Source of the DNA: Methanocella sp.
GTDB lineage: Archaea; Thermoproteota; Bathyarchaeia; Bathyarchaeales; Bathycorpusculaceae
Assembly (NCBI GenBank): GCA_050261115.1
Contig: JBLNCY010000046.1
Location: 1 to 64,000 of the forward strand
Direction: 5' to 3'
DNA length: 64,000 bases
The first letter of the stretch is position 1; each line of letters opens with the position of its first letter. Made by a program: the position numbers and the translations under genes. Of the stretch, positions 18,648 to 28,457 are shown piece after piece. The notes under the pieces are model-generated. The model saw nothing but the letters and a program-made list of their open reading frames with translations, was not told the origin of the DNA and did not search any database.

Positions 18648-19091
18648 TCAGTATGAACTGGTTTTCTCAAGCTTTTCTCTGTTCTTTTGGAAAAACTCCC
18701 TAAATGAGGAGGTTAAAACGTAGCTTTCAACATCGTTAAACTTTACCCAACGAATTTCTTCTGCGTCGCTTGCCGCGGCTATGTCGCCGCCGACGACCTT
18801 GACCAAGAAATCCACAATCACATAGTGATACTTTACTTTTCCATCGGGGTCAAATTCTACGTTATCCACGATGTCGATTAGGTGGGGGTCAGCGACATCT
18901 AGGCAGGTTTCCTCTTTTGCCTCGCGTATGACGGTTTGCTGTATGCGTTCTCCCAAGTCAACGATACCGCCGGGGATACTCCATTTGCCCCGTCCAGGTT
19001 CGTTTCTCCGTTTGATGAGTACAATCTGCCCATCTTTAACTATGACAACGCCGATGCCGACGATGGGTTGATCTGGGTATAGCCGTTTCAT
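18648..19091 (-). CDS. NUDIX hydrolase (ADP-ribose pyrophosphatase-like)
   Basis: Nudix box GGIVDLGERIQQTVIREAKEET. Confidence 0.93.
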   Translation of the reverse strand: MKRLYPDQPIVGIGVVIVKDGQIVLIKRRNEPGRGKWSIPGGIVDLGERIQQTVIREAKEETCLDVADPHLIDIVDNVEFDPDGKVKYHYVIVDFLVKVVGGDIAAASDAEEIRWVKFNDVESYVLTSSFREFFQKNREKLEKTSSY

Positions 19092-19177
19092 GGGAGAAAC
19101 ACACCTGAGGGGATAAGTATGCTTACAGACTTAAAGCTTCTCTGATACAAATCAATAAAAATAGAAAGAATGGGGCC

Positions 19178-20464
19178 CTATTCGTATCGTAGGGCGTCGA
19201 CAGGTTTTAGTTTGGATGCCTTGTAGGCGGGATAGATTGCAAAGATTACGCTAACGCCTACGCCGAAAGCGAATGCGCCAGCAACGACCGCAGGAGATAA
19301 CAGGGGTGTTATTGCAAAGCTGCCTCCACCTCCGCCGAAGGTGCCTGAGCCCAGCACAGTTGCCACCACATTCGCCAAGGCCCAGCCCGATAGGATACCG
19401 ATTACGGCGCCCATCAAGCCTATGATGACGGATTCGCCGAGGAATATCATAAGGACCGTGCGGCTCTTCATACCTAATGCTTTGAGGGTGCCGATTTCGC
19501 GTGTGCGTTCTATCATTGAAACGATCATAATGTTCATGATGCCTATGCCTGCAACGAGTAACGAGATGGCCGCTATGCCGCCAAGGAACAGTTGTATGGT
19601 GCCAAATACGGTTGTGAGTAAGCTAAGCACGGTTCTTGCAGATGTGACGGTTACTTGACCGCCGAAGTATTCTGTTATGGCGTCTGTGACTTCCTCTACA
19701 GTGGCAGGGTCGCTTGCGGTTAATTTGACGATGATCATGTCGCATCGGGTGCTGTTGAAGACGCTTTCTGCGGTTTGGATGGGGATATATACGCCTGTGT
19801 CGGAGGGGCCGCCGATACCAAAGCCGCCGACCTCTTTGAGTATACCCTGAACACGTGCCGGGAAGGTTTCGTTGACGATTGGTAGGGTGGTTGCGTTTGT
19901 CCAGGTGATGTTTATGGTTTCGCGTATGCCAAAGTAGATGGTTCCGTTTTGGTTTTGGCTCACACGGGCTCCGACTATTACGGTGTTGTTTGAGGGGTTT
20001 CGGGGTACTCTGCCCTCTTCGGTTTTGAACGTGTTTTGATAGATTTGCCCATAGGCGGTATAGTTTACGCCGTAGATAGTGACTGAGCGGTTTAGGTTCT
20101 CGGTTTGAACATAGCCCGGTCGACTTATAATCGCCGCCGAGTTAACAATACTGGGCGATAAACCGTTTATCTGCTCCGTATAGTTAGTGTAGAGGTTAAA
20201 TCCAGAGTTATCCGACCCTCCACCAAAAAAGCCCCCACCACCAGCACCGGCGCCTGAGCCGCTGCCTGCAGTCACAATCAAAGTGTCTGCGGAGAGCCCC
20301 TGATTTAGCTGAGTAGTTAGGGTTGCCTCAAGCCCCGTTGTAATAGAAAGCAACGCTACTATGGCTGCAATACCGATGACTACGCCCAGAGTCGTTAGGG
20401 CTGCCCGTAGTTTTCGTAGTCTGATTGCACTAAAGGAGTATCCGAAAATGTCAAAGAACTTCAT
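19178..20464 (-). CDS. MacB/FtsX-type ABC permease
   Basis: GIGIMNIM..S..ERTREIG.LKALG; PA.KASKL.PV.ALRYE. Confidence 0.93.
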   Translation of the reverse strand: MKFFDIFGYSFSAIRLRKLRAALTTLGVVIGIAAIVALLSITTGLEATLTTQLNQGLSADTLIVTAGSGSGAGAGGGGFFGGGSDNSGFNLYTNYTEQINGLSPSIVNSAAIISRPGYVQTENLNRSVTIYGVNYTAYGQIYQNTFKTEEGRVPRNPSNNTVIVGARVSQNQNGTIYFGIRETINITWTNATTLPIVNETFPARVQGILKEVGGFGIGGPSDTGVYIPIQTAESVFNSTRCDMIIVKLTASDPATVEEVTDAITEYFGGQVTVTSARTVLSLLTTVFGTIQLFLGGIAAISLLVAGIGIMNIMIVSMIERTREIGTLKALGMKSRTVLMIFLGESVIIGLMGAVIGILSGWALANVVATVLGSGTFGGGGGSFAITPLLSPAVVAGAFAFGVGVSVIFAIYPAYKASKLKPVDALRYE

Positions 20465-21159
20465 TGCGTATTCACCACGTCTGAAACTATTTGGCCATCA
20501 ATCATCTTTACTGTGCGCCGAGCCTTTCTTGCCAGCACCTCGTCATGGGTAACCATTATTATGCTAACACCGCGTTCAACGTTGAGCTTGCTGATTAACG
20601 CTAGAACTTCCGCGGCTGTTTTGGAATCCACGTTACCCGTCGGTTCGTCAAGCAGCATAAAGCAGGGATCATTAGCCAATGCGCGGGCGATTGCGACGCG
20701 CTGTTGCTGGCCGCCGCTAAGTTCTGTGGGTTTATGGTGGATGCGGTCTTTTAAGCCGACGGTTTCAAGCAGTTCGATGGCGTGTTTGCGGCGTTGAATC
20801 TTATTCTTGTTAGCTATAGACATTGCAAGCTCAACATTGTCTAGGGCAGTTAATCGGGGAATTAAATTGAAAAATTGGAAAACAAAACCGATTTGTAAGC
20901 GTAGGTCGGCGAGTTGATTGTCGTTTAGTTTGGCAACATCTGCACCGTTCACTAACAGGGTCCCTGAGCTGGGCCGGTCTAGTGCGCCTATGAGGTTTAG
21001 CATTGTGGATTTACCGCTGCCTGAGGGTCCAAGGATCGAGACAAAATCCCCGCTTTCAACCCGAAAGTTTACCCCTCGCAGGGCATCCACAGGGATTTTC
21101 CCCAGCATATACGTCTTCTTTACGTTTGTCGCTTCGACTACTGGCGCTTTTTCTGACAT
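20461..21159 (-). CDS. MacB/LolD-type ABC ATP-binding protein
   Basis: GPSGSGKST, LSGGQQQRVAIARAL, DEPTGN. Confidence 0.95.
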   Translation of the reverse strand: MSEKAPVVEATNVKKTYMLGKIPVDALRGVNFRVESGDFVSILGPSGSGKSTMLNLIGALDRPSSGTLLVNGADVAKLNDNQLADLRLQIGFVFQFFNLIPRLTALDNVELAMSIANKNKIQRRKHAIELLETVGLKDRIHHKPTELSGGQQQRVAIARALANDPCFMLLDEPTGNVDSKTAAEVLALISKLNVERGVSIIMVTHDEVLARKARRTVKMIDGQIVSDVVNTQ

Positions 21160-21244
21160 ATTTTTCCACTCGTCCTTTCATGCAAGGTTGCAGAGATATA
21201 AAGACTAGTTATATTCAAGAAAAAGAAAGATTGAGGTAGTACCC

Positions 21245-22090
21245 TTACTTGTTTAGGTACCTCCAGGATAGGACGACGCATATGGCGGTGACTATTGCTG
21301 CAAACGCGCCGACGAAGGCGAAGTCTAATACTAGTTGGCTGTATCCATCGCTAAATATCATTAATCTTCTGACCGCATCGATGGTATAGCTGATTGGGTT
21401 GACGCTTGCGATTGCCTGGAGCCAGCCGGGCATTTTATCGAGGGGGAAATAGGCGCTGCTGGCAAACATTAAGGGTAGCGTGATTAGTTGGAAGATTGCC
21501 TGAGGCATCTCCATTCTTGTTGCACGTAATGTTAGGGCAGTGAACATCGAGGATAAGCCGACGCTAATCAGGAATACTATTGCGAATACGCCGAAGATGC
21601 TGAGTGCGTTAAAGTTGGTGCCTAACTGGAGCCCCAGTAGGAATGCGACACCAGTGACGATGCCTGCTTGGAATATGGCGCGTATGCTTGCAGAGAACAC
21701 TTTGGAGAGTATGATGGCGCTGCGTGAGACGGGTGTGCTGAGGACTTTGTTCATGAAGCCTAGGCGTTTGTCCCAAACTATGGACATGCCTGTGAAGGCG
21801 GTGGTGAACACGGTAGTGAACGCTACCATGCCCATGGCCATGAAGCTGAAGTAGTCGGTTGTACCAAAGGTGGCAAGCATGATTGCGTCTGAGCTTACGC
21901 CGGGTATATTTGAGGGTATCATGGCGCTGAGGTTCATGGCTTTACCCAGCAACGCCAGCCACAGAACAGGCTGCACAATACCCATGACAAAGACGAAGGG
22001 TTGCTGATACCATTTTTTGAGTTCTCGGTTTGTAAGAGCCCAAAGCCCATGGAATTTGCTTGTTGAAATCTGCGTCTCTGGATTGCTCAT
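21245..22090 (-). CDS. ABC-2 permease
   Basis: 6 TM; D+RLG and NPISY.ID motifs. Confidence 0.92.
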   Translation of the reverse strand: MSNPETQISTSKFHGLWALTNRELKKWYQQPFVFVMGIVQPVLWLALLGKAMNLSAMIPSNIPGVSSDAIMLATFGTTDYFSFMAMGMVAFTTVFTTAFTGMSIVWDKRLGFMNKVLSTPVSRSAIILSKVFSASIRAIFQAGIVTGVAFLLGLQLGTNFNALSIFGVFAIVFLISVGLSSMFTALTLRATRMEMPQAIFQLITLPLMFASSAYFPLDKMPGWLQAIASVNPISYTIDAVRRLMIFSDGYSQLVLDFAFVGAFAAIVTAICVVLSWRYLNK

Positions 22091-23100
22091 CGGTGTGCCC
22101 TCCCCATCATCATTCTCTGAGGTAACATTGACTCTTTAGATTCAGCGTCCCGCATCGAGCGCCCTGTGTATTGCATGTATACTTCGTTTAGGGTGGGTTT
22201 GGTTAGGGATAGTTTGGTAACTACGTGGCCTTGGCGTCGGAGTTCTTCGATGATTTGTGGCGCGGTTAATTCGCCGTTGCTTGATTTTATTGTGTAGCTG
22301 CCGTTTTCTTTCTTGACGGTTTTTACGTGCTGGATGGTTTTGATTAGGTCGGTTATGTCTGCCTGCTCATCCTGTATAGCTAAGGTGATGATGTCGCCGC
22401 CTAGGCTGTCTTTTAGTTCGGTGGGTGTGCCTATGACTACGATTTTTCCGTGGTCAATGATTGCGATGCGGTCGCATAATGCGTCGGCTTCCTCTAGGTA
22501 GTGTGTGGTTAAGAAGAGGGTCATGCCGAATTCTTTCTTTAGCATCTTTACGTAGTTCCATGTTGCTGCCCGCGTCTGCACATCTAGGCCCAACGTTGGC
22601 TCATCTAGGAAGAGCACTTTGGGTCGGTTGATTAAGCCACAAGCCAACTCCAGCCTGCGACGCATACCACCCGAGTATGTTTGGACACGTTTGTCTTTAA
22701 ACGGTGTCAACTCAACAAGGTCGAGCAGGTCTAGGGCGCGTTTCTTGGATACCTGCCTTGGGATACCGTACAGGTCAGCGCATAGGAGGATGTTTTCCAT
22801 GCCGGTCAGGTCTTCGTCGGCAGTGTACTCTTGCGGTACCACACCTATCGCGGCTCGGACAGCCATGCTCTGTTTAGCAATGTCGCTGCCCAAAATCGTG
22901 GCTTTTCCGCTGGTGGGGCGTAGAACTGTGATGAGCATTTTAATTGTGGTTGTTTTGCCTGCGCCGTTGGGGCCAAGGAAGCCAAAGATTTCGCCTCTCT
23001 TTACATTGAAGCTTATGTGGTCTACAGCGGCTGTGTTTTTGTTGTAGACTTTTGTTAAGCCTTCAACTGATATTACGTTCTCGCTTTGGGTTTGATTCAT
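22087..23100 (-). CDS. ABC-2 ATP-binding subunit (DrrA-like)
   Basis: Walker A/B motifs, YSGGMRRR. Confidence 0.95.
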   Translation of the reverse strand: MNQTQSENVISVEGLTKVYNKNTAAVDHISFNVKRGEIFGFLGPNGAGKTTTIKMLITVLRPTSGKATILGSDIAKQSMAVRAAIGVVPQEYTADEDLTGMENILLCADLYGIPRQVSKKRALDLLDLVELTPFKDKRVQTYSGGMRRRLELACGLINRPKVLFLDEPTLGLDVQTRAATWNYVKMLKKEFGMTLFLTTHYLEEADALCDRIAIIDHGKIVVIGTPTELKDSLGGDIITLAIQDEQADITDLIKTIQHVKTVKKENGSYTIKSSNGELTAPQIIEELRRQGHVVTKLSLTKPTLNEVYMQYTGRSMRDAESKESMLPQRMMMGRAHR

Positions 23101-23681
23101 TGTGTGTCACGCTCAAGTTTGCTGTTTAGGTTTTCGAGTTTTTCTGCGGCCTCGTTTAGGATTGTGAGGGCCTCTTCGAGATCCTTCTCGGAATAGTGAT
23201 TTCTAAGAGTCTTACCAACGCTCAGTGCTGCAAGCATAGCGCGTTTCACGGTGAGGCGTATCTGCAGTGATTTTTCCCGCGGAATTTTACCGTGGCCTCG
23301 GTCAAAGAAAGAGAAAGCCATGAATCCGAATTCTTCGCGCATTTTCTCTCTGGCTTTGGTTTCTTCTTCAAGCAGTTCTTTGCCGGCCGGGGTTATTTCA
23401 TAGCGTTTCAACCCGTTTTCTGTCGGTAGCTCTTTTATGTATTGATTGTCTTGGAGCCAGGATAGCATGGGGTAGATGGAGCCGGGGCTGGGTTTCCAGT
23501 TGCCGCCGGTTGTTTTGCTGATTTCATCCATGAGCTCTGAGCCAGACATTGGCTTTTCGTTTAACGCGATTAGGGCTTGGTGGCGTAGGAAGCCTTTGGG
23601 CACCATGGCGTTGTGACGTAGCCAGCCGTGTCTGTGGCAATGGAGGTTGGTTGAGTGGTTTGGTTCTTCTGTGCTATTCAT
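23097..23681 (-). CDS. PadR-family regulator leading the ABC operon
   Basis: PMSGSELM...WKPSPGSIYP.L...YEIT..G. Confidence 0.92.
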   Translation of the reverse strand: MNSTEEPNHSTNLHCHRHGWLRHNAMVPKGFLRHQALIALNEKPMSGSELMDEISKTTGGNWKPSPGSIYPMLSWLQDNQYIKELPTENGLKRYEITPAGKELLEEETKAREKMREEFGFMAFSFFDRGHGKIPREKSLQIRLTVKRAMLAALSVGKTLRNHYSEKDLEEALTILNEAAEKLENLNSKLERDTQ

Positions 23682-23692
23682 GTTATCACCTG

Positions 23693-23715
23693 CGATATCG
23701 ATATTGATATCAATA
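23693..23715. promoter_or_regulatory. putative PadR autoregulatory operator
   Basis: Palindromes CGATATCG (23693-23700) and TATTGATATCAATA (23702-23715) between the TATA-like box (~23745) and the start codon. Confidence 0.55.
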
Positions 23716-23799
23716 GAAATATCAACAGCGATAGTGGCAGCAAATATTTAAGCATTAACCAAAACTCAACAAAAATCCGCCTTCAAAAAAGCAGCCCAG

Positions 23800-24087
23800 C
23801 TAGAATTGCTCACCCAAGCCAATCCGGTTCAAAAAATCACGAATACGCCTATACTCACAAAGAAACGCCTGCCCCTTCTTAGTAAGTTTAAGCGACGACT
23901 CATCCTCCACCAACTCAAGCCGCTTTAACTCCAAAAGATAAAGCTTAAACCGATCATAAGGAACATTGAGGCGATTCTGCAACTTAGTTAATACCAGCTT
24001 CTCCTTATCGCTCTCCTGACTAATGATGGTCAAGAGTTCGCCGTAGAGCTTGAATTTATCGCGTCTATTACCTCTCTTGCCCATCAT
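23800..24087 (-). CDS. archaeal winged-helix DNA-binding protein
   Basis: RRDK..LYGELL...LTKLQ..LNVPYDRF..YL.EL...LT.KG..FL pattern. Confidence 0.8.
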   Translation of the reverse strand: MMGKRGNRRDKFKLYGELLTIISQESDKEKLVLTKLQNRLNVPYDRFKLYLLELKRLELVEDESSLKLTKKGQAFLCEYRRIRDFLNRIGLGEQF

Positions 24088-24391
24088 GTCCCCCCTTTTT
24101 ATCCGAAGAGATGCCTGAAAAGTAGTATATAATGGTGAGAAACGTGAAGGCAAACGAGCGTGCATAGGGCTGAAGATAGACAACCACATTCAGGTAGGCC
24201 AATGAAGCGAAAAAAGTCGAGGCTGAAAACACATGCGATAATCGAAGAAAACCAAAGCCCAAAGGCAACCCCAAATACTTGGTGTCCCCTATTGCGCGAA
24301 ACGGTTTAGCCATGAAATGCATAATAACGGTGCAGAGAGTTACGGCTGCTGCGTGTATCATACCCAGTGTTAGCAGCAGATTAGGATCCAT
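24068..24391 (-). CDS. small multi-TM membrane protein, possibly degenerate
   Basis: Hydrophobic ORF containing KYLGLPLGFGFL; overlaps the start of the wHTH gene. Confidence 0.5.
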   Translation of the reverse strand: MDPNLLLTLGMIHAAAVTLCTVIMHFMAKPFRAIGDTKYLGLPLGFGFLRLSHVFSASTFFASLAYLNVVVYLQPYARSFAFTFLTIIYYFSGISSDKKGGHDGQER

Positions 24392-24553
24392 ACCGTGGAT
24401 GTTGCCTTGGCTGTTTATTTCCGTTTTGCTACACAGGAGACTACGCATACTCTATAAAATAAGCATCAATGACATCCACTCGTAATCACACACCTTTAAG
24501 TTACGTCCCCAAAATCCATCTACTAGGGGGACGCTTTGGAGATCAAGAAAAAT

Positions 24554-24784
24554 ATGACGGATGTAAGCGAAGGCCAAATGGTTTACATGCAGGAACCTAA
24601 AATCAGCAGTGAAGGCAAACTGACCTGCCCCGTCTGCAACCGAACCTTTAGTTCCCGTCAAGAATATGACAATCACTGGTTAGGATGTCACCCCGACCCG
24701 GGACTGTCAATGGCTAGCGGGAGTATGGGCAGTTTTCAGGCAAGCGGCAAGGAAAAATGTGAAGAACCAACAGACAAACACTAA
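24554..24784 (+). CDS. small C2H2 zinc-finger protein
   Basis: CPVCNRTF...Y.NHWLGCH. Confidence 0.7.
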   Translation: MTDVSEGQMVYMQEPKISSEGKLTCPVCNRTFSSRQEYDNHWLGCHPDPGLSMASGSMGSFQASGKEKCEEPTDKH

Positions 24785-24861
24785 ACTGCCCAGACATGCG
24801 GTGCTGAGGTTGGTTGGTGTTTGCAAAATCTACTTCTCATACTTGTGAAATAGAGTTCTCT

Positions 24862-24893
24862 ACTAACCAGCTTGAATTAACTAACCAGCTTGA
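24862..24893. repeat. tandem direct repeat ACTAACCAGCTTGA x2 (18-bp period)
   Basis: Exact 14-bp copies at 24862 and 24880. Confidence 0.7.
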
Positions 24894-24968
24894 GCGCGTT
24901 TCTCAGAAAGGCTCAAATCCATTGCTACGGGTTATCCCTCAACCGTTAAATTACCCTGTGAGCGCCTG

Positions 24969-26039
24969 ATGTCTACTTTCGTATTTGACGAGAATACACA
25001 ATGCTTGATACGCTACCTTTTAGCAATTCAGCACTTCGATGAATACAGAGTTGGACCTCCGGGGTTGACGCAGCGACTCTGTGCCCAAGCATTTCAAAGG
25101 GTGCTTCTGCAGACCGCACTAAGGTACCCCAAGTTCCAGAAAACAAAACCCCAAGAAATAGACCTGCAAGAGATAATTCGGTTTCTCCAGAAAAATAAAC
25201 TCATAACACCCGACATAGCCGATAAGCTGACTGATTTCTTGGCATTCCATAACGCCCTCTACACAGGCAACAGCGCAGCGGAAAACCCAGAAAAGGCGCT
25301 TGAAATCCTCCAGTTCCTATCCACTGAAGCCAATATAGAAAGTGACGCCAAAAACCGAAGCTTCCATGACATCGCCAGCCGTAAAATGAATCCCACTACA
25401 TTAGATTGTAAACTTGAAGACTCTGACTTTGATAACCTTGATGCCCTCTACCCCAAATGCTTCAGCCTTCAACAGGAGATCCAGCGAAAGCTCACTGCAC
25501 CGCTAAAAGCCGTCCAGATATCCTCGTTCTCACCCAACACAGGCGGCATCTGGGTACCCTTTGTTACAAAGGATAAATTGGGCTATCGGGAGCCGATTGA
25601 TGGGGCAAGCCTTGGCGTGGCATTCACCCCTCTTGGCGTGCGGATAGGGCTGAATTTTGGAAGCCAAGCACACAAAGATAGAATCCGCTACTACCGACTG
25701 CTTGCGGAAGGAGATTTAACCGATATACTTGAGGGGCTTCATCGTAAAGCCACCGGCTACTGCCTCTGCGACACATTCTGGCACTATCATAACCGGAATA
25801 TTCAATCTCTTCAATGGTGCCTTACCCTGTATGGATCGACCAAGTCCACCATCGAGCGTGCTATCGAGGAGACTGTGCAGTTGGAAGGGGCACCGTTGAC
25901 GGGACATAGGTTCTTGATCAGCAGGTTTGTTGAACGCAGGCCAGAGGATTTCACCTATATCTTGCCTGGGCTTGTTAATGAGGTGCCGCGGGTGTTAGAT
26001 GAGCTTTACCCGGTTCTGGAGCGCATAAGTAAACACTAA
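24969..26039 (+). CDS. hypothetical protein; N-terminus resembles a degenerate HEPN/DUF4145 domain
   Basis: 356-aa ORF; LQEIIRFL.KNKLI..DIADKL..F..FHNALY resembles HEPN helices but lacks RxxxxH. Confidence 0.7.
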   Translation: MSTFVFDENTQCLIRYLLAIQHFDEYRVGPPGLTQRLCAQAFQRVLLQTALRYPKFQKTKPQEIDLQEIIRFLQKNKLITPDIADKLTDFLAFHNALYTGNSAAENPEKALEILQFLSTEANIESDAKNRSFHDIASRKMNPTTLDCKLEDSDFDNLDALYPKCFSLQQEIQRKLTAPLKAVQISSFSPNTGGIWVPFVTKDKLGYREPIDGASLGVAFTPLGVRIGLNFGSQAHKDRIRYYRLLAEGDLTDILEGLHRKATGYCLCDTFWHYHNRNIQSLQWCLTLYGSTKSTIERAIEETVQLEGAPLTGHRFLISRFVERRPEDFTYILPGLVNEVPRVLDELYPVLERISKH

Positions 26040-26121
26040 GATGTGACACGGGCGTTAGGTTGGCTTTGGTCGAGTATGGGTAATCGTAACGTTACTTCTA
26101 GCTTAAACTTATAACTTTGAA

Positions 26122-26730
26122 ATGCAGTTTCTACATAGGCTCAGAAACGAAATGTTTGGTTTACGAGAAACGCTCAAACATGAAAGCGTCGGCCCTGTAA
26201 TCCGCAGATTCTTCATAAACACCTTATTTGACTCAACCTTCATGTTACTCGGTATAGTGGTAGGTTCAGCGTTTGCCGCTAGCGCCGGTTTGAGGGTAAT
26301 CATCCTAACCATGCTGACAACTAGCGTCGCGTTAGGCATCTCCACGGGAGTCAGCGTTTACGAAGCCGAAAGCTTAGAGCAGGAAAAAAGAATCGCAGAC
26401 CTAGAAAAAGCCCTGTTCACAGACCTCCATGATACCAACATCCAGAAAACCGCAAAAAACACCATCCTACTAGCCACAATAATCAACTTCGCCACGCCAC
26501 TGTTCTCGTTCACGGTAACAGTTGCACCGTTCCTTTTTGCTACCCTAGGATTGCTGCAGATTGAGGTAGCTAGTTGGCTCTCTGTCGGGTTGGCCCTGGG
26601 CACACTGTTTGGGGCAGGCGTCTACATGGGGCGGATTGGAAAAACCAACCCCTATAAAAAGGGGGCGCGGATGGTTTTGTTCGGCGTGCTTGCCTTTATC
26701 GTGGGGTATCTGCTGGACTGGCTGATATAG
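26122..26730 (+). CDS. VIT1/CCC1-like (TIGR00267-type) membrane protein
   Basis: RRFFINTLFDS.F.LLG; YEAE..E; convergent with DUF211. Confidence 0.82.
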   Translation: MQFLHRLRNEMFGLRETLKHESVGPVIRRFFINTLFDSTFMLLGIVVGSAFAASAGLRVIILTMLTTSVALGISTGVSVYEAESLEQEKRIADLEKALFTDLHDTNIQKTAKNTILLATIINFATPLFSFTVTVAPFLFATLGLLQIEVASWLSVGLALGTLFGAGVYMGRIGKTNPYKKGARMVLFGVLAFIVGYLLDWLI

Positions 26731-26737
26731 ACGGACG

Positions 26738-27025
26738 TTAAGGGGCAGGTCGCTGCAGGGAAGGCTTGGCCTTTGAGACGCTGACTTCATCTACGCCCTT
26801 AACTGAAACCCCATTATCCTGCAAAATACTCAAAATCGCGTCATACTCGATGTTGCTACCGCGTACGGTAAGCTTTACGGTTTCAGTCTTGGCATCCACA
26901 TCAGTAACTACTATGTCGCATTCGTCAACTCCATTTGCGGAACATAGAGCCTGCGAAAGATCCACCAGAGAAGTTTCACGGGCCTTTAAGGCTTCAATTA
27001 ATAGGCGGCGAATATTAACTGTCAT
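26738..27025 (-). CDS. DUF211-family protein
   Basis: IRRL...GVD...I.V.DVD..TE..K.TV.G.NI.Y...G.S...VDEV pattern. Confidence 0.85.
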   Translation of the reverse strand: MTVNIRRLLIEALKARETSLVDLSQALCSANGVDECDIVVTDVDAKTETVKLTVRGSNIEYDAILSILQDNGVSVKGVDEVSVSKAKPSLQRPAP

Positions 27026-27208
27026 AGGTATCCATCGACTAATCTAAGAAGATCACTTAAAACATTTTTGCTAGCCATACCAAACAGACAGCCGCAAAGC
27101 AGGCTTATTTGCATACAAGCAACCGTCTGTGTGGGTTTAGGAGTGGGTCGTGGCAAACCTTATTAGGCGCTTGCTTAGATAGAAGCCGATTACATGGAGT
27201 GCCGCTAG

Positions 27209-28063
27209 TTGAATAAAATGAAACTGTTAGTAGCCATTTTGAGCATTGTTTTAATCGCCTCGCTGGGCATAAATGTTTATTTTGGAATTGAAAACGCTTC
27301 GCTTCAAGGCAAAGCTAAGGAGCTTGAAATGATTTCTCTCTTAACGCAGATTCAAAACCAAGTAACTGCAGAGATCAAAAAGATCGGAGAAAGCGTCGCT
27401 TATGCCGCCGACCAACTCTCCACCGCCGGCTTGAGTGGGGACCAAGCGAATGAAATCCTAAGCGCTCTTGCCGCTAACAGTTCTTTTATTATAGATGCCC
27501 TAACCGCGGACTCCAGTAACCACGTTGCAGCTGTGATGCCCCAAACGTATAGTGATCTAATGGGCACTTATTTGGGCGAACCTTATTACATAAGCACCAG
27601 CTACCGGGAAAACATTGAGCCAACGATGACCTCGGTAATGTCTTTAGTTGAGGGCGTTGACGGAGTGGTCATTTTTTCACCTGTATTTAGCAGTGATAGA
27701 CAGTTCCTTGGCACAGTCAACGCGGCATTTTTGCCCTCCAAGCTGTTTGCAGATGCGGCTTCATCGGTACTCTCTGGTACGTCCTATGCGTTGTGGGCAA
27801 TGCAGATAGATGGCTTAATGCTCTATGACAACGAGCATCCAGACGAAGTCGGATTAAACCTATTCACTGACCCAACGTTGACCCAGTACCCAGAAACGCT
27901 TTCAGTCATACAGCGGATGGTTAAGGAGCAATCTGGACACGCAACCTACATGTACCCAGTAACCCATGGCTCCGAACAATTAGTAAACAAAGACGCACAA
28001 TGGAAAACAATAGGCGGCTACGGATCAGAGTGGCGTTTGGCACTAGTCCAAACACTCCCCTGA
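27209..28063 (+). CDS. N-terminally anchored extracellular Cache-domain protein
   Basis: TM/signal, then P..S....LVEG..G.V...PV...FLG and W.MQ.DG.MLYD...E.G.NLF.DP...Y motifs; no cytoplasmic domain. Confidence 0.8.
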   Translation: MNKMKLLVAILSIVLIASLGINVYFGIENASLQGKAKELEMISLLTQIQNQVTAEIKKIGESVAYAADQLSTAGLSGDQANEILSALAANSSFIIDALTADSSNHVAAVMPQTYSDLMGTYLGEPYYISTSYRENIEPTMTSVMSLVEGVDGVVIFSPVFSSDRQFLGTVNAAFLPSKLFADAASSVLSGTSYALWAMQIDGLMLYDNEHPDEVGLNLFTDPTLTQYPETLSVIQRMVKEQSGHATYMYPVTHGSEQLVNKDAQWKTIGGYGSEWRLALVQTLP

Positions 28064-28163
28064 CAGCCTAATGCTTTTTAGGTTGCCCGTGGCGATCAAA
28101 ACTATTTTAGGGGCCCACCTATTAAGCAGATGGAGATTTTCTAGTTTTAAACGGAGGAGATAG

Positions 28164-28418
28164 ATGTTTAGTTTTGCAGAAGCGGTCGGTTTGGCTAAGC
28201 AGCTTCCACCAGGCTGGCTAAAGTACGCCGCCGTCATTTTGTTGCTGCCTGTCGGCTTCATCTTTATAACGCTGCTCCTTTTGATCTTTAACGTAACAGG
28301 CGCAGGCCCTCATTACCCCGAAGAAGTCTTGATTGTTTTTTCGCTTGTAATCTTGATTTTTTTCGTGGCGCGGATATATCTTTGGCGTAGGCACTTGCAG
28401 CAGATCTGGCAAACCTAA
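28164..28418 (+). CDS. small two-TM hypothetical protein
   Basis: Two hydrophobic segments. Confidence 0.5.
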   Translation: MFSFAEAVGLAKQLPPGWLKYAAVILLLPVGFIFITLLLLIFNVTGAGPHYPEEVLIVFSLVILIFFVARIYLWRRHLQQIWQT

Positions 28419-28457
28419 CCGCCGTAACTCGCCTTTTGAGAGGCTCCAAGTAGCGGT

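Noticed and set aside
17017-19091. Provirus or complete eCIS around the sheath gene
   Set aside because: Flanking genes are HIT, NUDIX, DUF59 and ABC transporters; no other virion genes or att repeats are seen
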